NCBI GenBank assembly: GCA_002410925.1
Contig: DHPR01000030.1
Location: 1-38,549 of the forward strand
Source of the DNA: a bacterium UBP13_UBA5359
GTDB lineage: Bacteria; UBP13; UBA5359
Direction: 5' to 3'
Length of the DNA stretch: 38,549 bases
Made by a program: the position numbers and the translations under genes. Below, in pieces: positions 16,608 through 27,175 of the stretch. The stretch's first letter is position 1, and each line of letters begins with the position of its first letter. Below the pieces are notes generated by a model. That model did no database searches and was not told where the DNA came from. It saw only the letters and a list, made by a program, of their open reading frames with translations.

Positions 16608-17998
16608 TCTTTATTCTCCCCAAAATAGTTCAAAGACATCAGCTCATCTCGTACAGCAGCTATCTGTGTGGCCATCAATTCAGGCGAATACAGTGCCTTC
16701 TGATCGGCAAGTCCACATTCTGCCATCAACCGAGACATGCTCTCATTAGCCTGCTCCAGAGCGCTCAAAGCCTCCTCGACATTGAAGCGCCCCGGGGAAG
16801 TCGGTGCCGGGGGCCAGCGGGAATCGCTGACATAGGCGGTAGTGATCGATTGCAAAACGCCTTTGGAAGTTGCGTTGCTTCGCAGATCGCCGATGCCTGC
16901 CTCAGATGCAACAGCCTGTAAAGCTTCGTAAATAGTCCGGCAGACCGGATCCAGAATACGAGAGTATTCCGTATTGGCCCAGGCCCTGGCGGTTCCGCCA
17001 TGCCAAGCACAACCGCTCTCTACTTGCCCGAAGTCTCGGGTCTCAAGCACTCCGTATCTATCCGGTGTCTCTCGAGGAAGGATGAACTCAAAACCCAGAT
17101 TCAGAGCCAGATGCAGCACCTCTTCAAAACGCTCGGCACTCTCCGGCGCCGGTTCAAAGAAGCGGGCCAGGCCGTACTGCTTGACAAAGAAATAGGCTGT
17201 GGTGCCTATATATTCGGCATCCTCAGCATAAGGCATCAGGAACCCCTTATCAGGCATTCTATCTTGCCAGCGGATCAATAATTCCTTGACCTCTTCAATA
17301 GCAACCGGTGTCCGACGATTGCCCTCGGTAGCTCCCATCAGATACCAGAGAATAATATTGCAAAGCATATCAGACCGCAAAATAATTTTGAGTCCGTTTT
17401 CAAGGCGATGGGGTTTGAAGAGAGCCTGAAGCACCTCCGGTCGGCCGGCAATCTCGTCCTCTATCTTGAAGAGAGCATTCTTATTGCTATGCCCCCTGAC
17501 ATCGAACGTTAGACCGGTAGCCTCCCGCAGGCCATTAACGGTAGACAGAAGATAGGAATCCGCATCGGCTACCAGCATCTCGAAGCCGGCTTCTCTGAAA
17601 ATCTCCGGGACATAATAAGTCCAGCCACACTCCGGATTCCACCCGGTAACCGGACGCACACCGGTAAACCGCTCCCATGTATCCAGCCCATCCAACAACG
17701 AATTGAGCCCCAGTTCCCGCCCCACATTGGGAATCATTATATGAGTCTGTGGAGAGGCCACCGGTTCTATGCGTCCGGCATTTACGCCGGCCGCAAGCTT
17801 TTCAAGTGTTTCCGGCGCTTCGGAAGCCATAATCTCCAGTGTCTCGCCGGAAGCTTCAAAAGCCAACCGAATATCCAGCATCTCCGCCAGATCGAATATC
17901 CTGCCGTAAGTTTCGCGAGCCACCCAGCCTCGTCGCTGCGGCGGCAATTGCGAATATTGTAAATTGGCATGAGGCATAAAGATTATTCCAGGTTTCAT
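16604..17998 (-). CDS. Glycoside hydrolase family 57-like protein
   Basis: HANLQY (region I), WNPECGW (nucleophile Glu) and YAEDAEYIG (acid/base Asp). Confidence 0.75.
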   Translation of the reverse strand: MKPGIIFMPHANLQYSQLPPQRRGWVARETYGRIFDLAEMLDIRLAFEASGETLEIMASEAPETLEKLAAGVNAGRIEPVASPQTHIMIPNVGRELGLNSLLDGLDTWERFTGVRPVTGWNPECGWTYYVPEIFREAGFEMLVADADSYLLSTVNGLREATGLTFDVRGHSNKNALFKIEDEIAGRPEVLQALFKPHRLENGLKIILRSDMLCNIILWYLMGATEGNRRTPVAIEEVKELLIRWQDRMPDKGFLMPYAEDAEYIGTTAYFFVKQYGLARFFEPAPESAERFEEVLHLALNLGFEFILPRETPDRYGVLETRDFGQVESGCAWHGGTARAWANTEYSRILDPVCRTIYEALQAVASEAGIGDLRSNATSKGVLQSITTAYVSDSRWPPAPTSPGRFNVEEALSALEQANESMSRLMAECGLADQKALYSPELMATQIAAVRDELMSLNYFGENKE

Positions 17999-18011
17999 AA
18001 GTATATCCTTT

Positions 18012-19274
18012 CTAATGCTTCTGTAATTTGCTGCGTATCCTGGCTGAAGAGATGCTTAGAGCATTATCCAGATCGATCTGACCCAGGAAGAAGAGGTCCA
18101 TCTGATCGGACAACGGCTTGATAATTTCCATGTAATTCCTGATCCTGGGCACAAGCGGAGTATCTGCTTTATCCGCCTCTTTCAGATAGTAGTACAGATG
18201 CTCCGGCGAAGATGCCGTATAGGTCGCTTCTGCAGCCTTCCTGTTGGCGGGAATGCCGTTCCGGCTTGCTCCCAGAAGCTTTTGATTCTCTTCATTACAA
18301 TAAAAGGCTACAAACTTAAAGGCTTCCTCAGGATGTTTTACCGCCCGAGGTATGCACAGGCCGGCGTCGTCAAAAGTATGGACCTTTTCGCCCAGCGGCC
18401 CCTGCGGCAGCGGCGCTATATCCCACCTGAAATTCTTCACCGGCGCCAGCGCAGAAAGCATGAAAGCAGGAGCCACCTGCATGGCTACCCGCTGGCTCAA
18501 AAAGCCCTGTGCACCCGCTGCTCCGCTGCCGGCAAAGGTCGAGGCTTCAGCAGGTGTGGGACAGACCTCCTTGTTGAATTTATACAAAATGGGCAGCAAT
18601 TTCCTGATGCGAGGATCGCTGTCAAGGAGACACTTTTTGCCGTCGTCATTCAGCACGCGGCAGCCGCTCCAAAGCAACCATTCGAACCAAAGAACATTAC
18701 CGGCTCCAAAGCTATCCCGTATTCCATCATTGTCAAAATCGCCCGTAAGCTTTCCGGCAATCCGGCAGTAGTCATCCCATGTCCAGTTCTCCTGCGGATA
18801 GGCCACCTTTGCTTTATCGAAAATATCTTTATTGTAAATAATACAATTGGTCTTTAGCTGCATCGGGAAGGCGTAAAGCCGGCCGTCAAACGTATAGTAA
18901 TCGACCAGGCATTTGTAATACTGCTTCATATCTATCCCTTCCTGATCCACATACCGGTTCAAAGGGAGCAGGACATCTCTCTCCGCCAGATCAGTAATTC
19001 CGCTCCACCACATGAAAACATCCGGTGGATTGCCCCCGGCTATCTGCGTCAATATTTTCTGTTGAGTAGTTCCCCAATCCAATTTTACCTTTATGCCGGG
19101 ATACTCCATCTCGAACCTGTCGATAATTTTCTGCATGATGGCAATCTGCTCTGCTCCCGCCTCCGCACTGGCAAAGGTAATAACCGCTCTTTTATCAGCC
19201 TGCCTGCCGCCGCAACCTGCAACCATGACAGAGAGCAGCAGAACGACAAGTATACCACTCCATAACTTCTTCAT
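18012..19274 (-). CDS. Sugar ABC transporter substrate-binding lipoprotein
   Basis: Lipobox VAGC. Motifs GNPPDVF, LYAFP, YNKDIFDKA..YP..NWTWDD and WDIAPLP. Confidence 0.93.
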   Translation of the reverse strand: MKKLWSGILVVLLLSVMVAGCGGRQADKRAVITFASAEAGAEQIAIMQKIIDRFEMEYPGIKVKLDWGTTQQKILTQIAGGNPPDVFMWWSGITDLAERDVLLPLNRYVDQEGIDMKQYYKCLVDYYTFDGRLYAFPMQLKTNCIIYNKDIFDKAKVAYPQENWTWDDYCRIAGKLTGDFDNDGIRDSFGAGNVLWFEWLLWSGCRVLNDDGKKCLLDSDPRIRKLLPILYKFNKEVCPTPAEASTFAGSGAAGAQGFLSQRVAMQVAPAFMLSALAPVKNFRWDIAPLPQGPLGEKVHTFDDAGLCIPRAVKHPEEAFKFVAFYCNEENQKLLGASRNGIPANRKAAEATYTASSPEHLYYYLKEADKADTPLVPRIRNYMEIIKPLSDQMDLFFLGQIDLDNALSISSARIRSKLQKH

Positions 19275-19284
19275 TACCGGTCCC

Positions 19285-22200
19285 TCACTTTGTTTTCTCT
19301 GATTTGCTCTCTCCGGATAACATTACTATCGCCAGATCGTAAGCCTTCATATCCATAGCAAACGAATTCATTCCCTGGCGATTGAGCTTTCCGCCCAGCA
19401 GAACCTCGATACCGCCGGCCCCCTTACCTGCCCAGGCGCTGAAATCGACTTCAGCCGTGACACAATGATCAAGATGGTTGCTCAAAAGCAGGTAGCAATC
19501 ATCTCCCTTTTTCAAAAGGGTTCTCTCCACACCGAAAGGACGGACTGAAATATTACGCTTTACACCGCTATCCGACAGCAATCTGTCAAGATCCTGCAGG
19601 CCCCTCTCATCGCCGGGAAATATTCTCTCTGATAGAGGAGTATCGATCAGAAGCAGCCCCTGCCCTTTGGTCCACCTTCTACAGGCAATTATGCCGATGT
19701 CCTCTCTCATAAACTCTCCGGCGGGCAACCCCTCTTCGCCCTGCACAGCACTGAAAGCATTAAGGATATACTTACAACCGCTGCCTGCCGCTGTCTTGAT
19801 CTTCTGAAGTTCGCTCCTGCTTATAAAGGGAGAGTTCAAATCCATATATACCTGCCCCGGGGACAGCTTACCCGGCAGAGCGGTCAGAAATGACGGCTGG
19901 TATCCGGCCTCCTGGAGCAGTTTCAACAGATATCCCTGCCCCCCGGCAAGACGATGAAAATTTTTCTCATCGTATATGGCAGCCTGACTGAGCCAGCTCA
20001 GGGCAAGGTTATCAGGCTGGCGTACCGCACCTTTAAGCCTTTTGTAATATGGCTTAAGAAGAGGCCATTCACTTCCATGCGGGCCCCTCTCCCATATGAC
20101 ATACGATATTCCCAGGGCACCTTCTCCCAGAGCATGCGACAGAGCTCGATTGCTGGTATCCTTGCCCGGCCCCAGTTCAGATACCTCAGTCATGAACGGC
20201 ACTCCGTACCTACGGCATAACGCCCCGAACAGAGCCGCTGAAGAGCCTTCGAAACCGGTGTGCACCGGAAAAACATTATACCTGGCGCAGAGGTCCAGCA
20301 GCGTGGCCAGATTATTGCCTTTGATCGCCCCCTCCGTCATACCGCCTCCTATTTTAACGTCGATAGGCGTTCGGAAATCTGCCTGCCGAATGGACTGCCA
20401 CATTTCTTCATATAACGACTCGACCGAATAAATTCGGAAATCCAAAAAGGCCAGCCAGAGGGGATGGCGCGAATCCTTGCTCTGATACTCTCTTTGGGTA
20501 GGCTGAAGAACCTCTTCCCAGGCGTTAAACCGCCTTCCATATAATTCGGAGGCCTCTTTCAGAGAGAGGCCTCGTTTATCTCTGAGATAAACACGCCAGG
20601 CCTTCTGTGACGCCTCACTGTAATCATAAAAACGAGCTGCGCACAAAGGATGGTCGAAACTGCCGTGCAACGGCCCGTCAATAGCACCCGCTGTAGGGCT
20701 GTAAAGGATTACGTCCGAATTATCCTTGTATCTGATTGCAATCTGTCGCCAGAGCTGCGGCAGGGCTTCACGATTTTTGCCCCACAAAGGCGCCGTCATA
20801 CCGATATCTCCGGCATCCGATATCATTCTCTCTTTCAGCCACTCCGGCAGATACCATCCCGTCATCATGATTTCAAATCGCAGGCCGGCCTGACCGGCCA
20901 TACTTATCAGGCGATCCAGAGAATCCCATTTATAGCAACCTCGTTGCGGTTCGAGATCCCTCCAATAAAGGTCTACTCTGATAAAATCAAAGCCGGCATC
21001 CTTTATTTCCTTGAGATTTTTTTCGTTATAGGCTTTACCCTGGTAAAGAGTTGTTCCATACACCGGCTCCGGATAAGAGGTAAAATTGCCTTTAGACAAT
21101 CGTGGAGGGCGAGCGCCCATAAAAGCAATGACGGCTTCGGCACATTGAGAGGCGTTATCGCAAAGCCTAGCGGTCACCCTGCAGGCCCTGGGGGATAAGT
21201 CCTTGAGCAAGCGTAAATCGAGATCGACCTTTACCGCAGCTTCATTCCTTCCGTTAAAGATAATCTCTACCTCTTTCTCTAAAAGAGGCCGGCCAGTGCC
21301 GCAATCCACCAGAGATACCACAGCCTCGGTCTTATGCCGGTCGGCTGGGCCCTTATCTGCGGTCAGCCGCACTTTCACGATTTCGTCCGGGTAAAAGAGC
21401 TTCTTATCTGTAGCAATGGATAATTGCAGCTCTGTTTTAGCGCTTTGCTCGATATCGGATTGCAAAGCCGTCATCTTCACAGCTCTCTCACCGGTTAAGG
21501 CAATTAATCCATAGACACCGCCGGTGCCGTCGGAAATCAAATCGATCGCATCGATTTTTTCATCAGGATAAGGATTATTCCAGGCATATACCCAGACGCC
21601 TATCTTGCCGGATACGGGATTTCTCCCTGTCCAGCCCAGCCGGGCCTCGGGCAGATCGCCCGGAGACCACCAATCACCTATATTTCTGCCGTTACTGAAC
21701 CGGATACTTTCCTGCCGCCGGCCCTGATAATTTATGACAGCTCTGCCGATCTCGCCGGAGCCCTCTTCAGCCCATCCGGCCGTATGCAAAAAATATAATC
21801 GATCTAACTTTTTATTTACCCTGATCCCCTCAATTTGAGAGGGAAAAGCGGGACGCTCTTTCCCTCTCAGGACAAGGCAGCTTCGATTATCGTTGAGTTC
21901 AGGATCTATTACTTCAAAAGGGATGCCTTTGCATAACAGCTTGCCGCTTTTGAACCAGCGCAAATCATTCAGCCCCTGATCCGTCCAGCCGCCTTTCCCA
22001 TCACCAGCCACCTCATCCTTAAATCCCCTATTGGCATAAGGGATCAAATCTATAGCCGCAAATTGTTCCGGCACCGCGACAGGCACTACTCCGGCAGGTG
22101 TATCTGCCGAACCGGCAGCCGAAGCTTCGGCTGCAAGCAAATAAAAGGAAACATCATCCGCAAAAGCCACTCCGTCACGCGCCACGACCTCGACGGTGGC

Positions 22201-23157
22201 AAAGAATTCGTCGGGCTTGGAAGAGAAGATGCAGGACACCTTCTGCCACTTGCTGGTATTGTTTGTTCCTATTGAAATTCCGCGATCTTTCAACCAGCCC
22301 TTACCGGAATCGAATTTCGATAACCGGGCATCTGCTCGGCCGGTACCACCGGTTCTTATCCAGAGAGAAAGAAGATATCGCCTGCCCGGCTTGATAGCGA
22401 CCAGAAAAGACTTTGCTCCCAAACCGGCAGGCGTTACCTTAAGAGCTTTGCTTGCAGAGCGACCGGCACCAGCCGGAGCCTCCGGAACCGCGTTGCCGTC
22501 AACGGGTTGATATAACAACCAGCCGGCAGCATAATCTCCCTCCTCAAATCCGGAATTGCCGATCAGGTTATCGCCTTCCGGTATCTGGCTTGCCCGCTCT
22601 GTTTGAATCAGAGAGATATCGTCGACAAAGACCGGTCCGCCGTCACTCCGGATATCCACAGCTACGGCAGCGACCTCCGGGTCTGCCGGTGTATAATCGC
22701 CTTTTATTTCTCTCCATTCTGCCGCAGTGCTCTTTCCAACGGTATAATAACGCTGCAACCACTCGCCTTCAGAAGAATATTCCGCCAGCCGGATGCTTGC
22801 CTCGGCTCCCGGAGTGCACTTGATCCGAAGGCTGAAGACATATCGGCAACCCGATTCGATCTTGGCCCTATTTCTGCTTCCGGATACCAGCCCGCCATTG
22901 AGGCTCTTAGGACCGTCTTTCTCCAGCCGAACGGCATATTCACCCGAATACTTCACCAGATTCTGAACCACCGGTATGCTATTGCCGTAGAGCTTCCATT
23001 CATCCACGCTGACAGGTGCCTCAAAACCGCCGTTAAGCAGCAGGTTCTCCTCTTCCTGTGCCGCCACAATACCCGGAGCTGAAAGAACACCCCAGGCCAA
23101 TACCGGCAGCAGGCAAAAACCGACCAGATATCTCCTCTTCATAGACTCCACCTTCAC
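19285..23157 (-). CDS. Large secreted glycoside hydrolase: two CBM4/9-like domains, beta-sandwich domains and a GH42-like catalytic domain
   Basis: Signal peptide. NLLLNGGFE and NLIGNSGFE mark the CBM starts. GWTDQG.NDL..GIPF domain. GH42-like motifs WRDLEPQRGCYKW, DYSEASQKAWRVYL, W..F..FR and PFMTE. Confidence 0.75.
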   Translation of the reverse strand: MKVESMKRRYLVGFCLLPVLAWGVLSAPGIVAAQEEENLLLNGGFEAPVSVDEWKLYGNSIPVVQNLVKYSGEYAVRLEKDGPKSLNGGLVSGSRNRAKIESGCRYVFSLRIKCTPGAEASIRLAEYSSEGEWLQRYYTVGKSTAAEWREIKGDYTPADPEVAAVAVDIRSDGGPVFVDDISLIQTERASQIPEGDNLIGNSGFEEGDYAAGWLLYQPVDGNAVPEAPAGAGRSASKALKVTPAGLGAKSFLVAIKPGRRYLLSLWIRTGGTGRADARLSKFDSGKGWLKDRGISIGTNNTSKWQKVSCIFSSKPDEFFATVEVVARDGVAFADDVSFYLLAAEASAAGSADTPAGVVPVAVPEQFAAIDLIPYANRGFKDEVAGDGKGGWTDQGLNDLRWFKSGKLLCKGIPFEVIDPELNDNRSCLVLRGKERPAFPSQIEGIRVNKKLDRLYFLHTAGWAEEGSGEIGRAVINYQGRRQESIRFSNGRNIGDWWSPGDLPEARLGWTGRNPVSGKIGVWVYAWNNPYPDEKIDAIDLISDGTGGVYGLIALTGERAVKMTALQSDIEQSAKTELQLSIATDKKLFYPDEIVKVRLTADKGPADRHKTEAVVSLVDCGTGRPLLEKEVEIIFNGRNEAAVKVDLDLRLLKDLSPRACRVTARLCDNASQCAEAVIAFMGARPPRLSKGNFTSYPEPVYGTTLYQGKAYNEKNLKEIKDAGFDFIRVDLYWRDLEPQRGCYKWDSLDRLISMAGQAGLRFEIMMTGWYLPEWLKERMISDAGDIGMTAPLWGKNREALPQLWRQIAIRYKDNSDVILYSPTAGAIDGPLHGSFDHPLCAARFYDYSEASQKAWRVYLRDKRGLSLKEASELYGRRFNAWEEVLQPTQREYQSKDSRHPLWLAFLDFRIYSVESLYEEMWQSIRQADFRTPIDVKIGGGMTEGAIKGNNLATLLDLCARYNVFPVHTGFEGSSAALFGALCRRYGVPFMTEVSELGPGKDTSNRALSHALGEGALGISYVIWERGPHGSEWPLLKPYYKRLKGAVRQPDNLALSWLSQAAIYDEKNFHRLAGGQGYLLKLLQEAGYQPSFLTALPGKLSPGQVYMDLNSPFISRSELQKIKTAAGSGCKYILNAFSAVQGEEGLPAGEFMREDIGIIACRRWTKGQGLLLIDTPLSERIFPGDERGLQDLDRLLSDSGVKRNISVRPFGVERTLLKKGDDCYLLLSNHLDHCVTAEVDFSAWAGKGAGGIEVLLGGKLNRQGMNSFAMDMKAYDLAIVMLSGESKSEKTK

Positions 23158-23203
23158 ACCATAATCCGGATATGAATATTGTTAACTCTCAACCAGGCTT
23201 ACA

Positions 23204-23815
23204 TCAATAAATGAATTTAGATTTGGCTTCATCAATTTTCAGCCAGCCGGCTTTTTTCCAGGCTACATGACCATCAAAGAAGAGCATGTTAGCACCATCG
23301 CCATGCCTGTTGACCTCATTGCCAACACAGGCAATGGTATTGCCGTCGTTATCCGTCATCAAAGCCTTCTCGCCTGCATTTGTTACATCATCGAGCATCA
23401 ACGGTGTCGTGCGGTTTTGAAGCCATGGATCCGCAGAAAGACGCCGTTGATAAACATAACTGTTCACTCCGTAGGAATAAGGGCGTCCCTGAGCATTGCC
23501 ACTGTCGCTGGGACAATGAAAGAGTTTCCCGTTCATATTGGTGTAATCATAATAATCGCTCTCATTACCTTTAAGTCCTACATATCTGGACAGCTTATTG
23601 TAATAATCCTTTTGCAGAGGCATGCATGAATCCCAATCCTGGGCATACATGGTCCAGGCCAAGCCCAGCTGCTTAAGATTGCTTTGACAGGTCGCCTTTC
23701 TGGCATTCTCTCTGGCTCTCCCGAACACCGGGAACAGAATAGCAGCCAGAATAGCAATGATTGCAATTACGACTAGCAGCTCTATTAGCGTAAATCCCCT
23801 TTGCCTTACTTTCAT
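23204..23815 (-). CDS. Prepilin-type N-terminal cleavage/methylation protein, DUF1559 / H-X9-DG family
   Basis: [32 protein letters not shown]...[14 protein letters not shown] and C-terminal [14 protein letters not shown]. Start at ATG 23815 after AAGGAG. Confidence 0.93.
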   Translation of the reverse strand: MKVRQRGFTLIELLVVIAIIAILAAILFPVFGRARENARKATCQSNLKQLGLAWTMYAQDWDSCMPLQKDYYNKLSRYVGLKGNESDYYDYTNMNGKLFHCPSDSGNAQGRPYSYGVNSYVYQRRLSADPWLQNRTTPLMLDDVTNAGEKALMTDNDGNTIACVGNEVNRHGDGANMLFFDGHVAWKKAGWLKIDEAKSKFIY

Positions 23816-23853
23816 CTTCTTAGTCTCCTTTACCAATTATATATTACCGCCGA

Positions 23854-23879
23854 CAACACTGAGTTATAACATAGTGTTG
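23854..23879. promoter_or_regulatory. Palindromic operator candidate 1, upstream of the pilin-like gene
   Basis: CAACACTgaGTTATAACatAGTGTTG. The core at 23859-23874 matches CTATGTTATAACATAG at 14/16. Confidence 0.75.
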
Positions 23880-23981
23880 CTTTGTATTACTACTTCTACA
23901 TCTGCTATGGATTTTCCTGCCTGCCGGCCTATTTATTTGAACTTTTTCCAAAACGCTGCCGGAAAAGGCCTCTTCACTCTT

Positions 23982-24956
23982 TCAGCCCTTTGCTCCTTTC
24001 GTCTGCGATTCATAAGCTTCTATATGCCCGGGCATATGCCTGTGGGCCAGGGCTCTGGCCATATAATCATCCAGCGGCTCTATACCGAACTCTTCCATTA
24101 CTTCCCGGATGGTAAGTCCCTGCATCTCACAGGAGATCGATACCGAACCTAGATAGCCCGGATCGCTCCATCGAAATCCGGCACCGTATTTCACCTTGGC
24201 AGCTCTGAGCTTATCCCAGTTATAATCGAGATGAACTACGCAACAATCCAGATTAACGACGGTAGTAGCGAAGTCAAAATAATCGGTGGAGGACGCCAGC
24301 ACCTGTCCTACCGGTGAAATTATGGTACTCTGCTTGCGCCCGATAGCTCCGATAAAATGAGTCCTGCAGGAATATGCCCAGTAATTCTGTATAAAGCCAC
24401 CGTGGTACATCGAGCAGAAAAGAAGCAGATCCGGCCTGGCTTTTACGTATTTCAGGCGTAACTCGTCGAAGTTCAGATCGAAGCAGACGGCACAGGCCAC
24501 TTTGCCGAAATCACACTCCAGCAGTGGTGCATCCTTGCCATAAAGAACCCCGGCTTGAACGTTTTCTTCTATAACAAGGTGATTCTTATTATAAACCCCT
24601 ACCGTCTCACCTTTTCGCCCGATAAGCGTAACGGAGTTGCGCAGGGTTCCATCCGGCATTATACGAATAGCCGGATAGGTTATATAGCAGCTGTGCTTGC
24701 GGGCAATAAGCGCAAAGAAATTTCGAACGGCATCACCACGCTCCCGGTAATACTCCAGTACCCTTTCCCGAGGGTAGCCGATGGGCCTGTCACAAACTTC
24801 AGGCAGGACTATCAAATCCGGAGCATCGGGCAGCACCTGATCTAATTCCGCCTGCCAATGGCCAATGACCTTTTCAACAGCCGATTGATACTTCAAATCT
24901 GCCTCTACCTGTATCAACGGCGCTCCAATTGCACTTATCTTCACATAGTTGGCCAT
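23982..24956 (-). CDS. Carbon-nitrogen hydrolase (nitrilase/amidase superfamily)
   Basis: Catalytic triad motifs LIVLPE, YNKNHL and AVCFDLNF. Confidence 0.9.
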   Translation of the reverse strand: MANYVKISAIGAPLIQVEADLKYQSAVEKVIGHWQAELDQVLPDAPDLIVLPEVCDRPIGYPRERVLEYYRERGDAVRNFFALIARKHSCYITYPAIRIMPDGTLRNSVTLIGRKGETVGVYNKNHLVIEENVQAGVLYGKDAPLLECDFGKVACAVCFDLNFDELRLKYVKARPDLLLFCSMYHGGFIQNYWAYSCRTHFIGAIGRKQSTIISPVGQVLASSTDYFDFATTVVNLDCCVVHLDYNWDKLRAAKVKYGAGFRWSDPGYLGSVSISCEMQGLTIREVMEEFGIEPLDDYMARALAHRHMPGHIEAYESQTKGAKG

Positions 24957-24994
24957 CGGCCTATCCTCCGATCACCATTCTCATCGAATGGGCA

Positions 24995-25948
24995 TCAGCC
25001 GCAATTTTCTACGTACATTCTTGGGTTGGTGGTAACGGCATAGTTCCGAGCAAAGGCATCTCCATCGTAACCGGGATCATCTTCCGGTATCTCTGACAGC
25101 TTGACCTCCGCTTTGCCCTTTTCCCTGGAGATACGTCCCGCCAGCATAATCTTTATGGATTCGGTAAGCTCCTCCATCGGTGCCAGCGCATTCTGCCCGG
25201 TTTCCATATAATCGAAGATCCTATCCAGCAACTCTCCATAAATTTTTCCGGTGTCGATCTGAAAATGATGTGTGGATTCAGTAGTCGTCACCACCACCTC
25301 AAAGGGCTGCCAAAGCCCCTGGAAGGTAGTATAAGTCGCTGTCAATCCGTCATTGAAACGCACAAAGAAGGTTTCGCAGGTTTTATCTCCCTGCCGGCTG
25401 CGGCCGACAAATCCGACCGAAACAGCCCCCCGGCCGACCAGACCGCCGATGGCTTCTACGATATGAACACCGTAATTGAATTCATCCACTCCGGCTGTAC
25501 CGTAAATGTTCATTATCTTGCCCCGCTCCTCTTCCGGCCGATTGAGAAAACCGGTCACTTCCTGAGCATAGCGAACGGAAGAGCTCCCTAAAATAACGGT
25601 CCCCTCTTTTGCCAGGGCTTCCAGCTTCCGGCAGTCGGCCAGAGAGCCGACAATCGGCTTGTCGATGAAAACAGGCTTATTGCGCTCGATAAAAGGCATG
25701 GCTTGGCGGAGGTGGTTATCCCAATTGCAGCTCTGGACAAAGCCGATATCGACGCTATCCGCCAGCTCCTCTATACTCCGGCAGCGTTTCTCAAGATCAT
25801 ATTTGTTCATAAACGCTCCGATCTCTTCATCATCCCGGAAGCTGTCATTATAAATGGCACTATACCGGGCCCGGTTTCCCTTCCGCATATATTCGGAAAA
25901 AGCCAGCGGATGGGTGGTATCCAGATTGACAAGACCTATTTTAATCAT
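24995..25948 (-). CDS. Gfo/Idh/MocA-family oxidoreductase
   Basis: N-terminal Rossmann KIGLV..DTTHP, KPVFIDKP, SSSVRY and YGVH. Confidence 0.8.
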   Translation of the reverse strand: MIKIGLVNLDTTHPLAFSEYMRKGNRARYSAIYNDSFRDDEEIGAFMNKYDLEKRCRSIEELADSVDIGFVQSCNWDNHLRQAMPFIERNKPVFIDKPIVGSLADCRKLEALAKEGTVILGSSSVRYAQEVTGFLNRPEEERGKIMNIYGTAGVDEFNYGVHIVEAIGGLVGRGAVSVGFVGRSRQGDKTCETFFVRFNDGLTATYTTFQGLWQPFEVVVTTTESTHHFQIDTGKIYGELLDRIFDYMETGQNALAPMEELTESIKIMLAGRISREKGKAEVKLSEIPEDDPGYDGDAFARNYAVTTNPRMYVENCG

Positions 25949-26982
25949 TTTGCCGCATCTCCCTTATCAAAAATATATTCCTTTTCAGCAACGGGCACGG
26001 GCAAACCCTTGGCCAGAGATTCATATACCTTGTAGCTTAAAACCGCTGCCCGAGCGGCCTTGACAATGCCATTAGGACTGGCTGTATCATTAATGATAGC
26101 CTCGGCCAGCAAATCTATCTCGCTTGCCTGGCCTTTATCCACATTATCCAGCGCCAATCGAATCTGCGAGTGACCCTCAAAGCCATAATACTCCATTTCT
26201 TTGAAATCTGCTATATATATAGCCCGGCCGCCGCAATAAATCTCCGTCGCCTCCTTGGGGAAAGCGGCGCAGCCGGCACTGGCAATCAGAGTAGATGCCA
26301 CTGAGCCATCGGCAAAGCTGATGGTGATTATACCGCTATCAGCCATCCTGACCTTTTCGGGATTGAGGAAAATCCCTCCCGCAGCATAAACCTTCACCGG
26401 AGGCACCTGAACCAGCTCACAGAACAGATCGAAAATATGGCAGCCTTCTCCTACAAAACGTCCTCCTCCAACCCTGGGATCGTGAATCCATAAATTCTCG
26501 GGAAATGGCGCCTGCAAACGATGATAGATCATCTTCTTATCCGGCATATCCGACAACAGCTCACGCGCTTTCCTTACCAAGGGAGCCAGACCACGATTAT
26601 AACCCACCGTATATTTTACACCGCTGGCACGAACCGCTTCGGCCACAGCCTTGCATTCCGCCGCATCCATACCCATAGGCTTCTCGCACAGTATATGCTT
26701 GCCGGCTTTAGCGGCTCTGATCGACAAATCAGCGTGAGAATCATGCCGGGTGGTAATTACCACCAGATTCACCCTCTCATCCTGAAACAATTTATCCGCA
26801 TCCGTAGTCCAGTAAGAGGCACCGGTCTCTTCGGCCACCTCTTTTGCCGATGCTTCATCGATATCCATTACCGCATGTATCCGGAATTTTGGATTCTTCC
26901 CGAAATTCGGAATGTGCATGCCACGGGCAAAGGCTCCACATCCTATCAATCCCACTTTAATCACAGACATAATTCTTGCCAT
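25945..26982 (-). CDS. Gfo/Idh/MocA-family oxidoreductase
   Basis: VGLIGCGAFA, HILCEKPM, VGYNR and GGGRFVGEGCHIFD. Confidence 0.92.
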   Translation of the reverse strand: MARIMSVIKVGLIGCGAFARGMHIPNFGKNPKFRIHAVMDIDEASAKEVAEETGASYWTTDADKLFQDERVNLVVITTRHDSHADLSIRAAKAGKHILCEKPMGMDAAECKAVAEAVRASGVKYTVGYNRGLAPLVRKARELLSDMPDKKMIYHRLQAPFPENLWIHDPRVGGGRFVGEGCHIFDLFCELVQVPPVKVYAAGGIFLNPEKVRMADSGIITISFADGSVASTLIASAGCAAFPKEATEIYCGGRAIYIADFKEMEYYGFEGHSQIRLALDNVDKGQASEIDLLAEAIINDTASPNGIVKAARAAVLSYKVYESLAKGLPVPVAEKEYIFDKGDAAK

Positions 26983-27082
26983 CCCTTTCTGAATATTTAA
27001 TCGTCTTACCTGCTTGAAGCAGATATTTACAACCTGTATGACCTATCATTCGGCCATTTTTCAAGCAACATCTCGACACAGA

Positions 27083-27098
27083 CTATATTATAACATAG
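27083..27098. promoter_or_regulatory. Palindromic operator candidate 2, overlapping an extended -10 of the oxidoreductase operon
   Basis: CTATATTATAACATAG (15/16 to consensus). The minus strand reads TG-T-TATAAT. Confidence 0.75.
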
Positions 27099-27175
27099 AG
27101 TAAGGACATAGTAACAGGCCCAGCAACATCTCAATCTCCTGTTTTGAGAAGCGCTTGACCTGCTTTAAGGCAACC

